Shown piece after piece: positions 1 to 10,945 of a stretch of DNA of 64,000 bases. Position 1 is the stretch's first letter. Each line of letters starts with the position of its first letter. This DNA is from Patescibacteria group bacterium. Its GTDB lineage: Bacteria > Patescibacteriota > Minisyncoccia > Portnoybacterales > GWB1-42-6. Below the pieces are notes generated by a model. That model worked only from the letters and a program-made list of their open reading frames with translations. It had not been told where the DNA came from and ran no database searches. The translations under genes and the position numbers were made by a program. The stretch covers positions 210,183-274,182 of the forward strand of contig JAKLIA010000002.1 of assembly GCA_022709865.1 (NCBI GenBank), written 5' to 3'.

Positions 1-942
1 ATCCGACAAGTCCAAAACCATTAAATGGTTATCTGTGCCGCCGCTAATAAGCCTAAAACCTTGGCGCAGGAACTCTTCCGCCATTGCGCGCGCGTTTAAA
101 GCTATTTGATGCTGATAATCTTTAAAAGCCGGCTGCTGCGCCTCTAAAAAGCAAATTGCTTTGGCTGCGATTATATTATCCAGCGGCCCGCCTTGCGTTC
201 CCGGAAAAACCGCTTTATCAACAATCTCCGCTAATTCTTTTTTACATAAAATTAAGCCGCCGCGCGGTCCGCGAAGAGTTTTATGTGTGGTCGTGGTTAC
301 AACATCACACCAAGGAAAGGGATGCGGATGCTCGCCAGCAATCACCAATCCCGCAATATGCGCGATATCCGCCATCAGATACGCCCCGACTTTTTTTGCG
401 ATTTTGCTAAACCCCTCAAAGTCCAGCTGACGGGAATAAGAAGTCGTGCTGGCAATAATTAATTTCGGCTTAACTTCCAGCGCAATTTTTTCCACTTCCG
501 CCATATCGATTCTCTCGGTTTTGGCGTCAACGCCATAATATGAAAAATTATAAGTTAGGCCGGAAAAGTTAACCGGGCTGCCATGGGTTAAGTGCCCCCC
601 AGCCTTCAAATCAAAGCCTAAAACCTTGTCGCCGGGTTTTAGCAAGGCCAAATAGGCTGCGGCGTTGGCCTGGGAGCCTGAATGCGGCTGCACATTAGCA
701 TGCTCAGCGCTAAATAATTGCTCAGCTCGCTCTATAGCTAATTTCTCGATCTTATCAATAAACTCATTGCCGCCATAATATCGTTTGCCCGGATACCCCT
801 CCGAATACTTATTGGACAGCGGAGTGCCCATCGCCAAAAGCGTTTCTTTGGAAGCGTAATTTTCCGACGGAATCAATGATAGCCCATTTTGCTGGCACTT
901 GATTTCTTGTTCAATTAATTTTTGGATCTGTTCGTCCTTCAT
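1..942 (-). CDS. glyA: Serine hydroxymethyltransferase (5' part; 3' end truncated by window start)
   Basis: Minus-strand translation from the ATG at 942-940 reads [13 protein letters not shown]...[15 protein letters not shown]...[10 protein letters not shown]...[12 protein letters not shown]...[14 protein letters not shown], a clear SHMT with the PLP lysine motif. The frame runs off the left edge, so it is absent from the ORF track. Confidence 0.9.
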   Translation of the reverse strand, partial: MKDEQIQKLIEQEIKCQQNGLSLIPSENYASKETLLAMGTPLSNKYSEGYPGKRYYGGNEFIDKIEKLAIERAEQLFSAEHANVQPHSGSQANAAAYLALLKPGDKVLGFDLKAGGHLTHGSPVNFSGLTYNFSYYGVDAKTERIDMAEVEKIALEVKPKLIIASTTSYSRQLDFEGFSKIAKKVGAYLMADIAHIAGLVIAGEHPHPFPWCDVVTTTTHKTLRGPRGGLILCKKELAEIVDKAVFPGTQGGPLDNIIAAKAICFLEAQQPAFKDYQHQIALNARAMAEEFLRQGFRLISGGTDNHLMVLDLSD

Positions 943-1499
943 TTTTTTAAAACTTCTATTATTTTATCCAGCTGCAAAAAAAGATTCTCTCGCGAAGTGT
1001 TATTTGTTATTGTCCAATCAGCCATCGCAATCGGTCCGGCCTGCGCTACTAAGCTAGCTATCTGGGAATAATCGCGGCTTTGAGCTTCTTCAGGCGTTAA
1101 TGGCCTAACCGGGCGCTTAGCCAAACGCGCATAGCGATCGCAGGGAGAGGAATAGATTGCTATTGTTAAAAAATCTTCACCGAATATTTTTTTAAACTCC
1201 AAATATTCTCCCCAACTATATAGGCTTTCCACCAATATGTTAGCTGTTTTATCCAGTTCTTTTATTTTTTCAATCCCCCACAAAGCATAGCAGGCTGGCC
1301 CATTTTTTTCTCTCAGCTCCTCACGAACCAAACGTTCGTTTTTTTCGTTAATTGGCAAAGCGCGCCTTTGCATTTCTTCAAAGGTTGCATCACCTAAATA
1401 TATTTTAGGCCAACCAAGTTTTTCTATTAGGTAATTTATCGCTTCGGTCTTGCCGCAGCCCGGCAAACCGACAATTGCCACTATCTTTCTTTTATTCAT
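939..1499 (-). CDS. P-loop nucleotide/nucleoside kinase family protein (AAA_18/dNMP-kinase-like)
   Basis: Walker A motif [14 protein letters not shown]. The likely real start is MNKRKIV at 1499; the upstream extension to 1790 overlaps the thyX-like gene. It sits inside the glyA-thyX-tmk-dCMP deaminase block. Confidence 0.55.
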   Translation of the reverse strand: MNKRKIVAIVGLPGCGKTEAINYLIEKLGWPKIYLGDATFEEMQRRALPINEKNERLVREELREKNGPACYALWGIEKIKELDKTANILVESLYSWGEYLEFKKIFGEDFLTIAIYSSPCDRYARLAKRPVRPLTPEEAQSRDYSQIASLVAQAGPIAMADWTITNNTSRENLFLQLDKIIEVLKK

Positions 1500-1582
1500 A
1501 AAAGGCCAAATAAAAAAGGCTTCTCGATGTAAGTTTACACCAAGAAGCCCGTAAAAATCAAACTTCTTTTTTGTCTTCTTTA

Positions 1583-2962
1583 TTAAACCCTCCGCTCGGG
1601 AAAATAATTCCCTGATTCCCTCACACTGATATCGCGGCCGCAATATCGAGGCCCCTCGGCGCACTTGCCGGTCTGATAACAATGCGGTTGTAAAACTTGA
1701 AGGATTGGCGAATCCTTTCCTTTTTCCTTTTCTACGGCTAAACGCATAAAACAGCCTAAATGATAAATCTCCTCCTGAGCGCAAAAGCATTCTCGTTTAT
1801 TCTGCTCGTGAAAAATTGCGTTAAAACTGCCATTTTTCACGTAGCGGACCATCGCGCCGTAAGGGGCAATAGCCGCAATCAAAGTCGCCGGGCAAGATTC
1901 GTGAGTAAATGATGACCAAAAATCCAGGATTCCTCTTGCCCGAGTAAACAATTCTGGTATAAGCATTAAGGCCGGCGGCAAATAAAAATTGCCCGTAAAA
2001 ACCGGCTGGCTTCGCCGAATTGTTCGATGCCGCTGGTCCTGGCCCATGCAAGCCAAAGATATTTCCACTTCACTCTTTATACCTCCAACATTATTGTCCA
2101 TCGTTTCCGGTAAAAAATGAAGCAAGTCAATCGGATACATATCTTCGGCTTCGGGAATAACCACGCCATCGACATCATCAATTTGTCTCAAAACAAACCC
2201 TGGCTTTTTTTTGACATTAAAGTTCCAAGTAAATATCGGTGACCAAGCTTTGTTTCGACGAGAAAACATATACGACAATTCTGGATATACCGCCAGAACT
2301 TGCTTGGCCATCTGCTCTGTCAAATAGATAAGTCCGGGAGACCAGGCCGCTTTATAAAGCGAGGCAAGCGTAATATGGTCAAGGGTAAAATCAAAACCGG
2401 TTGGAAAAATCGTTGAGATAAACATCCGCAACTGTTCCTGGGCGATCTTGGGTGCATTTTGTTCAACATACTTGACCGAAGCTAATGGCCGCTCTTCAAC
2501 GAGAAGATTACCGACGATTTGGGTAGCCACTTCAATATTTTTTTGATAAATGTCAACACCGTTTTTCACAAAGCCCATGACATCCGCCAACAACGGCCCG
2601 CTAATCTCCGGCCATAGAGATTTGATATAATTCTGGATCATATCAAAATCAGGATTAACAAACATTTCGGCACAAAAGCGGCCCGAGCGCTGGTCGCTGT
2701 TATAGAAAGGATTGTCTAAATGAGCCCCCAGCGTAATATCTGAAACAGCAATTCCCTCAATATCAAAAGTGAAAGAATAATGTTCCAGAGTTGTGTGATG
2801 ACTAGTTTCGAATAAACGCTTTCTGACATCAATCTGCTCGCCAATAATGGGAGATTTAGCCTGATAACATTTTAACGCCGCGTGGCTGGCCAGCGCTAAA
2901 AACTCACTTTCCACCTGCCCGCCGACTAATTTAGTGGCGGCAACCAATTTTACACTAATCAT
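1583..2962 (-). CDS. thyX: Long (459 aa) ThyX-like flavin-dependent thymidylate synthase family protein, apparent tandem two-domain form
   Basis: The N-terminal half aligns to ThyX (LFETSHHTTLEHYSFTFDIEG...YNSDQRSGRF), but the RHR motif is replaced by AHL. The C-terminal half carries RHRTIRRSQ...NFYLPPA, resembling the ThyX RHR-X7-S / FYIPSP region. Context is glyA, tmk and dCMP deaminase. Confidence 0.5.
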   Translation of the reverse strand: MISVKLVAATKLVGGQVESEFLALASHAALKCYQAKSPIIGEQIDVRKRLFETSHHTTLEHYSFTFDIEGIAVSDITLGAHLDNPFYNSDQRSGRFCAEMFVNPDFDMIQNYIKSLWPEISGPLLADVMGFVKNGVDIYQKNIEVATQIVGNLLVEERPLASVKYVEQNAPKIAQEQLRMFISTIFPTGFDFTLDHITLASLYKAAWSPGLIYLTEQMAKQVLAVYPELSYMFSRRNKAWSPIFTWNFNVKKKPGFVLRQIDDVDGVVIPEAEDMYPIDLLHFLPETMDNNVGGIKSEVEISLACMGQDQRHRTIRRSQPVFTGNFYLPPALMLIPELFTRARGILDFWSSFTHESCPATLIAAIAPYGAMVRYVKNGSFNAIFHEQNKRECFCAQEEIYHLGCFMRLAVEKEKGKDSPILQVLQPHCYQTGKCAEGPRYCGRDISVRESGNYFPERRV

Positions 2963-2985
2963 CTTTCACACCTCCTAATATTTTT

Positions 2986-3588
2986 TTATTTTAAAGAAGC
3001 TATCACTTGTTGATGGATCTTTTCTATACCCTGTTCTCCGTCCAGCATAACAAATATTTCTTTAAAACTTTTAGCAATTTTATCATAGTTCTTGGCTACT
3101 TTACGCAATTTTTCCAATTTCTCAAAAAATTGCACTCCTTTGCCCCGCGCCGCAATGCGCCGCACGCATTCTTCGGGACGAACCCTGAGATAAAAAACTT
3201 TATTTGGACAAACAAAGCTTTTATTCAGCGCCACTAATTGATGCATCGGCACCTCTATTCCGCCAAAAGCCATGGTTGAAAAAGCGTAACGATCGGAAAT
3301 GACCGTTGTCTCCGCACGCAATGCCGGAATAATTTCCTTCTTCAGATGTTCCCCTCTGTCTTCGCAAAATAATTCTTGCAATTTTAAAGGTTCTATCCGC
3401 TTTTTTTCATCCAGCGCCTCTTTTATTTTCCGGCCGGCAACCGTCCAATTAGTCGGCTCTTTGGTCAAAATAACCGCTTTGCCTTGCGCCTTGAAATAAT
3501 CCCTCAAAAGCGCTGCTTGCGTGCTTTGCCCTGAGCCGTCTAGGCCTTCGAAAACAAAAAAAAGGCCCTTAAAAAGATTTTGTTTCAT
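2986..3588 (-). CDS. tmk: Thymidylate kinase
   Basis: FFVFEGLDGSGQSTQ P-loop and DRY motif typical of Tmk; 200 aa. Confidence 0.9.
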   Translation of the reverse strand: MKQNLFKGLFFVFEGLDGSGQSTQAALLRDYFKAQGKAVILTKEPTNWTVAGRKIKEALDEKKRIEPLKLQELFCEDRGEHLKKEIIPALRAETTVISDRYAFSTMAFGGIEVPMHQLVALNKSFVCPNKVFYLRVRPEECVRRIAARGKGVQFFEKLEKLRKVAKNYDKIAKSFKEIFVMLDGEQGIEKIHQQVIASLK

Positions 3589-3671
3589 AAGTCCTCCTTC
3601 TTATAAATATTCCTCTATTCAGATGAAAAATCCACTTTAAAATTAACTCTAAAATGAGAAAAAATCAAGGT

Positions 3672-4178
3672 TTATTGTTTGTCGTATTTTTCCAAAGAAT
3701 CATCTAATATGAACAGCTTAACACCTGCATTTTTAAAAAGCTTCCGGCTGGCTTCGTCGCTATGATATTTTTTTTGCGCCACAACCCTTTTCACGCCTAC
3801 CCGAACAATGCGCCGAGCACAATTAATGCAAGGCGTCATCCTGCAATAAAGCGTTGACCCGCGCAGCGCTATGCCATCCATGGCGGCCTGCAAAATCGCG
3901 TTCTCTTCCGCGTGAAGCGTGCGCACGCAATGCTGGGACTGATGGCCATTTTCATCTATAACTGTGTTCATCAAATGCCCGGCTTCATCGCAATGCTTAT
4001 CGCCCGGAGCCGAACCGACATAGCCGGTGGTTAAAATCGTGTTGTGCTCGCTAACAATAACTGCGCTAGCCCGCCCTCGATCGCAAGTTGCCCGCCGGCT
4101 TAAAGGTTCCAGCATTCCTAAAAAATACTCATCCCAATTAGGCCGAATATGTTTTGATTGTATTTTTTTTATTTTCAT
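3672..4178 (-). CDS. dCMP deaminase (cytidine/deoxycytidylate deaminase family)
   Basis: HAEENAI zinc-binding motif plus PCINCARRI (PCxxC); 168 aa. Confidence 0.85.
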   Translation of the reverse strand: MKIKKIQSKHIRPNWDEYFLGMLEPLSRRATCDRGRASAVIVSEHNTILTTGYVGSAPGDKHCDEAGHLMNTVIDENGHQSQHCVRTLHAEENAILQAAMDGIALRGSTLYCRMTPCINCARRIVRVGVKRVVAQKKYHSDEASRKLFKNAGVKLFILDDSLEKYDKQ

Positions 4179-4211
4179 AGCTTTTATAGTTAATCAATTT
4201 TAAGCTGTCCA

Positions 4212-4250
4212 AAAATAAAAAGCAAGGCCTTAAAAACCCTTGCTTTTTAT
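4212..4250. terminator. Rho-independent terminator (bidirectional hairpin) downstream of rplK
   Basis: AAAAAGCAAGG-ccttaaaaac-CCTTGCTTTTTAT: a GC stem flanked by an A-run and a T-run. Confidence 0.6.
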
Positions 4251-4514
4251 CTGTAAAATTAAAAGTGAGTTGGTTAATTTCAAAACACTCAAGCCGACCT
4301 GCCCGCCGATAACCAAAGCTGATTACTGAGAATTGTATTATTTTACACTTTTTATACCTTACAGTATCTTTCCGGCTAATCATTATCGGCTTTGGTAGGC
4401 GCGGCAAGCGGGCACGGTGCCCCGCGGTTGCGGGGCGAGCGAGGAGGCTTGGTGAATCAAATTTTTCACGCTGGGGGAAATTTGATGATTTTGAAATTAA
4501 TTAACGAACGGCGT

Positions 4515-4937
4515 TTATTCCACTTTAATACCCATGCTGCGCGCGGTGCCTTCGATAATTTTCATCGCCTGCTCAACATCGTTCGCATTCAAATCCGGCA
4601 TTTTCTTTTCGGCAATTTGCCTGATCTGCTCTTTGGTCACAGTGCCAACCTTATCTTTCAATGGGTTAGCCGCGCCCTTAGCAATGCCGGCTGCTTTGCG
4701 CAGCAAATCCGCCGCTGGCGGGGTTTTAAACTTTAATTCGTATGTCCGGTCTTCAAAAATGGTTATTTCTACCGGCACAACATCACCAATGTTTTTCTTG
4801 GTGCCTTCATTAAACCGGCTGCAAAACTCCATTAAGTTCATTCCGTGAGGACCCAAAGCTTGGCCAACTTTTTGGCCCGGAGTCGCCTGTCCCGCTGGCA
4901 ACTGCATTTTTAACATCGTTTTTATTTTTTTTGCCAT
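4515..4937 (-). CDS. rplK: 50S ribosomal protein L11
   Basis: MAKKIKTMLKMQLPAGQATPGQKVGQALGPHGMNLMEFCSRFN...; canonical L11, 140 aa. Confidence 0.95.
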   Translation of the reverse strand: MAKKIKTMLKMQLPAGQATPGQKVGQALGPHGMNLMEFCSRFNEGTKKNIGDVVPVEITIFEDRTYELKFKTPPAADLLRKAAGIAKGAANPLKDKVGTVTKEQIRQIAEKKMPDLNANDVEQAMKIIEGTARSMGIKVE

Positions 4938-4985
4938 TGTTTTTTAAAGCCCTGAGGCTGAAGCTATCCTCAAAACCTTCTCTTA

Positions 4986-5528
4986 TTATATTTTTTTAAT
5001 CTGCAAAAAGTCCAATTCCACCGGCGTTTCCCGCCCGAACATAGAGATCAACACCTTCACCCGGCCGCGCTCTTCATCCACTTCCGCCACTTTGCCATCG
5101 GTATCCTTGAACGGCCCATCGACTATTTTAACCGAATCGCCAAAAGCAATATCCATTTTATACTTCGGCTCTTCAACGCCCATCCGCTTTTGCAATTCTT
5201 TTATCTCTTCCGGCGAAACCGGCGTCGGAGTCGTGCCTGAACCCACAAAGCCTGTGACCCGGGGGGTATTTCGCACCACATACCAGGAATCGTCCGTCAC
5301 GATCATTTCCACCAGCACATAGCCTGGGTATATTTTTTCTTCCACTACCCGGCGCTTGCCGGCTTTAATTTTGATCTTCTTTTCGATCGGAACAAGCACA
5401 TTAAAGATCTTGTCTTCCATGCCCATAGATTCTATGCGCTGTCGCAAATTACGCGCTACTGCCTCTTCGTATCCTGAATAAGTATGCAGAACATACCAAT
5501 TCCGACCTCTAGAAACTTGCTTTGCCAT
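4986..5528 (-). CDS. nusG: Transcription termination/antitermination factor NusG
   Basis: NGN domain (WYVLHTYSGYEEAV) and KOW motif (GDSVKIVDGPFKDTDGKV); lies in a secE-nusG-rplK arrangement. Confidence 0.9.
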   Translation of the reverse strand: MAKQVSRGRNWYVLHTYSGYEEAVARNLRQRIESMGMEDKIFNVLVPIEKKIKIKAGKRRVVEEKIYPGYVLVEMIVTDDSWYVVRNTPRVTGFVGSGTTPTPVSPEEIKELQKRMGVEEPKYKMDIAFGDSVKIVDGPFKDTDGKVAEVDEERGRVKVLISMFGRETPVELDFLQIKKI

Positions 5529-5567
5529 AAGCTAATAATTACAAATTAAAAGATATCTTTCCTATAT

Positions 5568-5759
5568 TTAAATCAAAAACTTGTTCATGATCAGCTGGAA
5601 AAGCCAATCAGCTGCACCTAAAAACAAGGCCACGCCCAAAGAAATGCCAACCACCGCCCAGGTATAGCGGATAGTTTCCTGCTTAGTGGGCCAAGTAACT
5701 TTTTTCAGCTCTAGTTTAACTTCGCTCAAAAAAGTGCTGATTTTAGTAAAAATATTCAT
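5568..5759 (-). CDS. secE: Preprotein translocase subunit SecE
   Basis: 63 aa with a single TM segment; KKVTWPTKQETIRYTWAVVGISL is typical of SecE; directly upstream of nusG. Confidence 0.8.
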   Translation of the reverse strand: MNIFTKISTFLSEVKLELKKVTWPTKQETIRYTWAVVGISLGVALFLGAADWLFQLIMNKFLI

Positions 5760-5828
5760 AATTTTTGTTTTTTAAAACCCCCTCGCGGGGGTCAAATTGA
5801 TTCTGACCCCAGCATAATCCTTGAAGCG

Positions 5829-7955
<2,127 letters not shown>

Positions 7956-7967
7956 TTAGATTATTAT

Positions 7968-8342
7968 TTATTCTTTTTCTTGGTATAAAAACGCTATTTC
8001 AATGGCCGCTGTTATGATCAAAAAGATCAAGGCCGTCCACCAATAAAAAACTTGGCAAACTTTCATAATTAAAAAACCCACCAGCAATAGACTAAGCAAT
8101 GTTCCTTCACGAAACGAAGTTGTCAATAAACTGTCGATTAAAGCGTTGTTCATTCGGCGACGGATAAAAAATCCCAATAGGCCGAAAAAACCGCACAAAG
8201 CCAAAAACAAGCTCAAAAAAAGCAAAATTAAAATGCCGGCATTGCCGCCTTCCGGCGAAACAAAAAGTAGGATTGCCGCAAAAGAAACAAAGGCCAGGAA
8301 GCTTGCCAACCCCATGCCCCAAAGATAGACTTTATGAGTCAT
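7968..8342 (-). CDS. Small hydrophobic membrane protein, hypothetical
   Basis: 124 aa with 3-4 predicted TM helices; no recognisable motif. Confidence 0.35.
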   Translation of the reverse strand: MTHKVYLWGMGLASFLAFVSFAAILLFVSPEGGNAGILILLFLSLFLALCGFFGLLGFFIRRRMNNALIDSLLTTSFREGTLLSLLLVGFLIMKVCQVFYWWTALIFLIITAAIEIAFLYQEKE

Positions 8343-8419
8343 TTTAAGATTGTTTTATACTCTAATTTTACTATATTTTTAACCGGAAAACAAGCCCAAA
8401 ATTAACCGAAAGTGTGGAT

Positions 8420-8449
8420 AAAAAAACCGCTTAAATAAGCGGTTTTTTT
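8420..8449. terminator. Rho-independent terminator of the tRNA operon (bidirectional)
   Basis: AAAAAAACCGCTTAaaTAAGCGGTTTTTTT: a perfect 7-bp stem flanked by an A-run and a T-run. Confidence 0.7.
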
Positions 8450-8453
8450 GCTG

Positions 8454-8576
8454 CGGGTCGTAGGGGATTCCTCTCGCTCCGACTCGAGCCCGGGCGCTGC
8501 GCGCACTCGCGCCCTTCTCATCCCCTACGCAAGCAAAACAATTTGCTTACGTACGCCCTTGCTCATTTTATTCGTG
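8454..8576 (-). repeat. GC-rich palindromic element bounded by a 19-bp direct repeat of the tRNA-Asp 3' end
   Basis: tgcgggtcgtaggggattc at 8454-8472 is identical to the tRNA-Asp 3' end at 8577-8595. Between the copies lies an atypically GC-rich segment (ctcgagcccgggcgctgcgcgcactcgcgccc), and there is a cgtagggga / tcccctacg inverted repeat. Confidence 0.5.
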
Positions 8577-8652
8577 CGGGTCGTAGGGGATTCGAACCCC
8601 TGATCTTCTCCGTGACAGGGAGACGCGTTAAGCCAGGCTACGCTAACGACCC
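8577..8652 (-). tRNA. tRNA-Asp (anticodon GTC)
   Basis: Minus strand: GGGTCGTTAGCGTAGCCTGGCTTAACGCGTCTCCCTGTCACGGAGAAGATCAGGGGTTCGAATCCCCTACGACCCG. Canonical cloverleaf with a GGTTCGAAT T-loop and anticodon loop CTGTCAC; CCA is not encoded. Confidence 0.9.
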
Positions 8653-8665
8653 ATATTTAGTTTTG

Positions 8666-8738
8666 TAGCGGCGACAGGGATCGAACCTGTGACCTTGGGC
8701 TTATGAGTCCCACGCTCTACCAACTGAGCTACGCCGCC
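8666..8738 (-). tRNA. tRNA with CAU anticodon (elongator Met or lysidine Ile2)
   Basis: Minus strand: GGCGGCGTAGCTCAGTTGGTAGAGCGTGGGACTCATAAGCCCAAGGTCACAGGTTCGATCCCTGTCGCCGCTA. Canonical D-arm and T-arm, anticodon loop CTCATAA, and a G1-U72 wobble. Confidence 0.85.
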
Positions 8739-8813
8739 CTACCTTTTAATTAAAACAATAACGCCTAAATTAAATCCTGTCACTATTTAATGTGTGGCGC
8801 TATTAATTTAGTG

Positions 8814-8884
8814 TTGCGGGGCCCGGAATTGCACCGGGGTCTGGGGCTTATGAGACCCCCGAGATACTTCTTCTCTACCCCGCT
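8814..8884 (-). ncRNA. Non-canonical tRNA-like element with CAU anticodon (possible initiator-like tRNA or tRNA pseudogene)
   Basis: Minus strand: A-GCGGGGTAGAGAAGAAGTATCTCGGGGGTCTCATAAGCCCCAGACCCCGGTGCAATTCCGGGCCCCGC-AA. The 7-bp acceptor stem GCGGGG(T)/(G)CCCCGC and 3' CCCCGCAAC resemble bacterial tRNA-fMet. The anticodon arm GGGGT-CTCATAA-GCCCC is good. The D-loop lacks GG and the T-loop is TGCAATT with a 4-bp stem. Confidence 0.45.
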
Positions 8885-8906
8885 TGAAGTTGACCTTGAC
8901 AGTATA

Positions 8907-8945
8907 ACTAAAAATAATCTCTCTGGCAAGAGAGATTATTTTTAG
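8907..8945. terminator. Rho-independent bidirectional terminator
   Basis: AAAAATAATCTCTCTggcaAGAGAGATTATTTTTAG: a perfect 13-bp stem with A/T flanks. Confidence 0.7.
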
Positions 8946-8962
8946 TTTCTAAAGTTTTATTT

Positions 8963-9487
8963 CTAAGATAAGTATTCCAACTCCTTCAGCGCATCCTCTA
9001 TATTCTTTACTGCTTCTTCGGCTTCTTCCTGGGACAAGCACCAATCCGCATTATGAATTATCAGGTCGCGCGTTTTATGAGTCAAACGGATCTTATCCAC
9101 GCTTTTAACTTCTTGGCTTTCGATTTGCTGTAATCGGTCTTCCATTTCTTGTCCCGGCAACCCCATTCTTTTTAAGATCTCATCCATTAAGCTATCCGCT
9201 TCAATGACCGCCAATTTTAAATTAGCCTCGTCTCCCTTTTGCAAGCGAGCTTTTATTTCTTCCCAGCGCTGGTTGGCTCCCTTGCCATAAGCAAACTCAC
9301 CGGCAAACGCCCTTTCCCTAACCCACCAAGCCGCATCTGACCTTTTCAATAAAATAACCACCAGCCACAGAAAAAACGCCGAAAGCAGCCAGCCGGTAAT
9401 CTTTAATATCAAAAGGACCGCCCCAAAATCAACCGAGGTCAAATAATTATATATCTGGTCGTAAATATCGAGAAAAAGAGTTATCAT
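8963..9487 (-). CDS. Hypothetical membrane-anchored protein
   Basis: 174 aa with an N-terminal TM segment followed by a charged coiled region; no confident family assignment. Confidence 0.4.
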   Translation of the reverse strand: MITLFLDIYDQIYNYLTSVDFGAVLLILKITGWLLSAFFLWLVVILLKRSDAAWWVRERAFAGEFAYGKGANQRWEEIKARLQKGDEANLKLAVIEADSLMDEILKRMGLPGQEMEDRLQQIESQEVKSVDKIRLTHKTRDLIIHNADWCLSQEEAEEAVKNIEDALKELEYLS

Positions 9488-9510
9488 TCTAGGCTATTGA
9501 TATTTAAATA

Positions 9511-10935
9511 TTACAATAATTTCTCGATCATGTCAGCGGCTTGGAATATTAATTCCTCGGAAAAATGCGGGCCAATAATTTGCAAGCCGACCGGCAAATC
9601 GTTAACCTCACCGCAAGGCATAACTAAGGCCGGCACGCCAGCCATATTTATCGGCACAGTATAGATATCGGAAAGATACATAGTCACCGGATCTTCTATC
9701 TTCTCGCCTATTTTAAACGCTGTTGTCGGCGATACCGGCGTCATGATCAAATCAACTTTAGCAAAGGCTTTTTTGAAATCTTCTGTAATTTTTGTGCGCA
9801 CTTTCTGCGCCCGCAAATAATAAGCGTCGTAGTAGCCGGAAGACAAAGAATAGGTGCCCAGCATTATGCGCCGCCGCACTTCATCGCCAAATCCATTTTG
9901 TCTTGATTTTAAATAAATAGATAATAAATCCCCTTCTTCCTTGGCCGCTGATACGCCATATTTTATGCCATCATATCGGGCTAGATTCGCCGAAACTTCC
10001 GAGGCCATCAAAATATAATAACAAGCTAAAGCATACTCGGAGTGAGGCAAGCTAATTTCTTCGATTTTAGCGCCTTGTGCTTCGATTTTGGCAATTGCGC
10101 TCCGCACCAATTTTTCTACAGCCGGATCGATGCCTTGGGAAAAATATTCTTTAGGCAACCCGACTCGCAATTCTTTTTTTCCTTTTTTGCCAATATTGAT
10201 TAATGGAAAATCAGCGCTGGTAGCATCGCGCAGATCTTTTCCTTTGATAACATTAAAAACCGCCTGGCAATCGGCCACGTTTTTAGTTAACGGCCCGATT
10301 TGGTCAAGGGAAGAAGCCATCGCCATAACACCGTAGCGGGAAACCGCGCCATAGGTGGGTTTTAACCCCACCACGCCGCAAAACGAAGCCGGCTGGCGAA
10401 TTGAGCCGCCGGTATCCGAACCTAAGGCATAAACGCATTCATCCGCCGCGACTGCCGCCGCCGAGCCCCCGGAAGAGCCGCCCGGCACGCGCTCCAGGTC
10501 CCTAGGATTTTTCGTCACCCCGAAAGCCGAGTTCTCAGTGGAAGAGCCCATGGCAAACTCATCCATATTAGCTTTGCCTAAAAAAATTGCGCCCGCCGAT
10601 CTTAATTTTCTGATGACTGTGGCATCGTATGGCGCAACATAATTGGCCAATATCTTTGAACCAGCCGTGCATTTCTCTCCTTCAATTAAAATATTATCCT
10701 TGATGGCGCAAGGCGCGCCGGCCAATCCTTCCAGCGGCAAGCCATCAGCAATTTTTTCATCAATATCCGCCGCTTGTTTTAAGGCTTCCCTTTCCATCAC
10801 CGATAAATACGCGTGAATATTTTTATCTTCTTTTTTTATCCGGGCCAAATAAGATTCCGTTATTTCTTTAGCGGAAAAGTTTTTGGCTTTTAAGCCTTCA
10901 TTAACTCCTTTAATTGTCGTTTTCGTCAGGTCCAT
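9511..10935 (-). CDS. gatA: Glutamyl-tRNA(Gln)/aspartyl-tRNA(Asn) amidotransferase subunit A
   Basis: Amidase signature GGSSGGSAAAVAA...GSDTGGSIRQPASFCG; 474 aa; directly downstream of gatC. Confidence 0.9.
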   Translation of the reverse strand: MDLTKTTIKGVNEGLKAKNFSAKEITESYLARIKKEDKNIHAYLSVMEREALKQAADIDEKIADGLPLEGLAGAPCAIKDNILIEGEKCTAGSKILANYVAPYDATVIRKLRSAGAIFLGKANMDEFAMGSSTENSAFGVTKNPRDLERVPGGSSGGSAAAVAADECVYALGSDTGGSIRQPASFCGVVGLKPTYGAVSRYGVMAMASSLDQIGPLTKNVADCQAVFNVIKGKDLRDATSADFPLINIGKKGKKELRVGLPKEYFSQGIDPAVEKLVRSAIAKIEAQGAKIEEISLPHSEYALACYYILMASEVSANLARYDGIKYGVSAAKEEGDLLSIYLKSRQNGFGDEVRRRIMLGTYSLSSGYYDAYYLRAQKVRTKITEDFKKAFAKVDLIMTPVSPTTAFKIGEKIEDPVTMYLSDIYTVPINMAGVPALVMPCGEVNDLPVGLQIIGPHFSEELIFQAADMIEKLL

Positions 10936-10945
10936 TAAAATAAGT

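Noticed and set aside
156-430. Two plus-strand ORFs (84 and 89 aa)
   Set aside because: They lie antisense within the clearly coding glyA frame and have low-complexity translations.
1821-2051. 76-aa minus-strand ORF
   Set aside because: Alternative frame wholly inside the thyX-like gene.
4138-4407. 89-aa minus-strand ORF
   Set aside because: It overlaps the dCMP deaminase start and the rplK terminator region, with no supporting motif.
4392-4848. Plus-strand ORFs of 114 and 104 aa
   Set aside because: Antisense to rplK. The GC-rich start region is better explained as a noncoding palindromic element.
8485-8512. Polylinker-like run of restriction palindromes (ctcgag cccggg ... gcgcgc), possibly vector contamination
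   Set aside because: It is too short, has no flanking vector sequence, and is embedded in a native-looking tRNA trailer hairpin.
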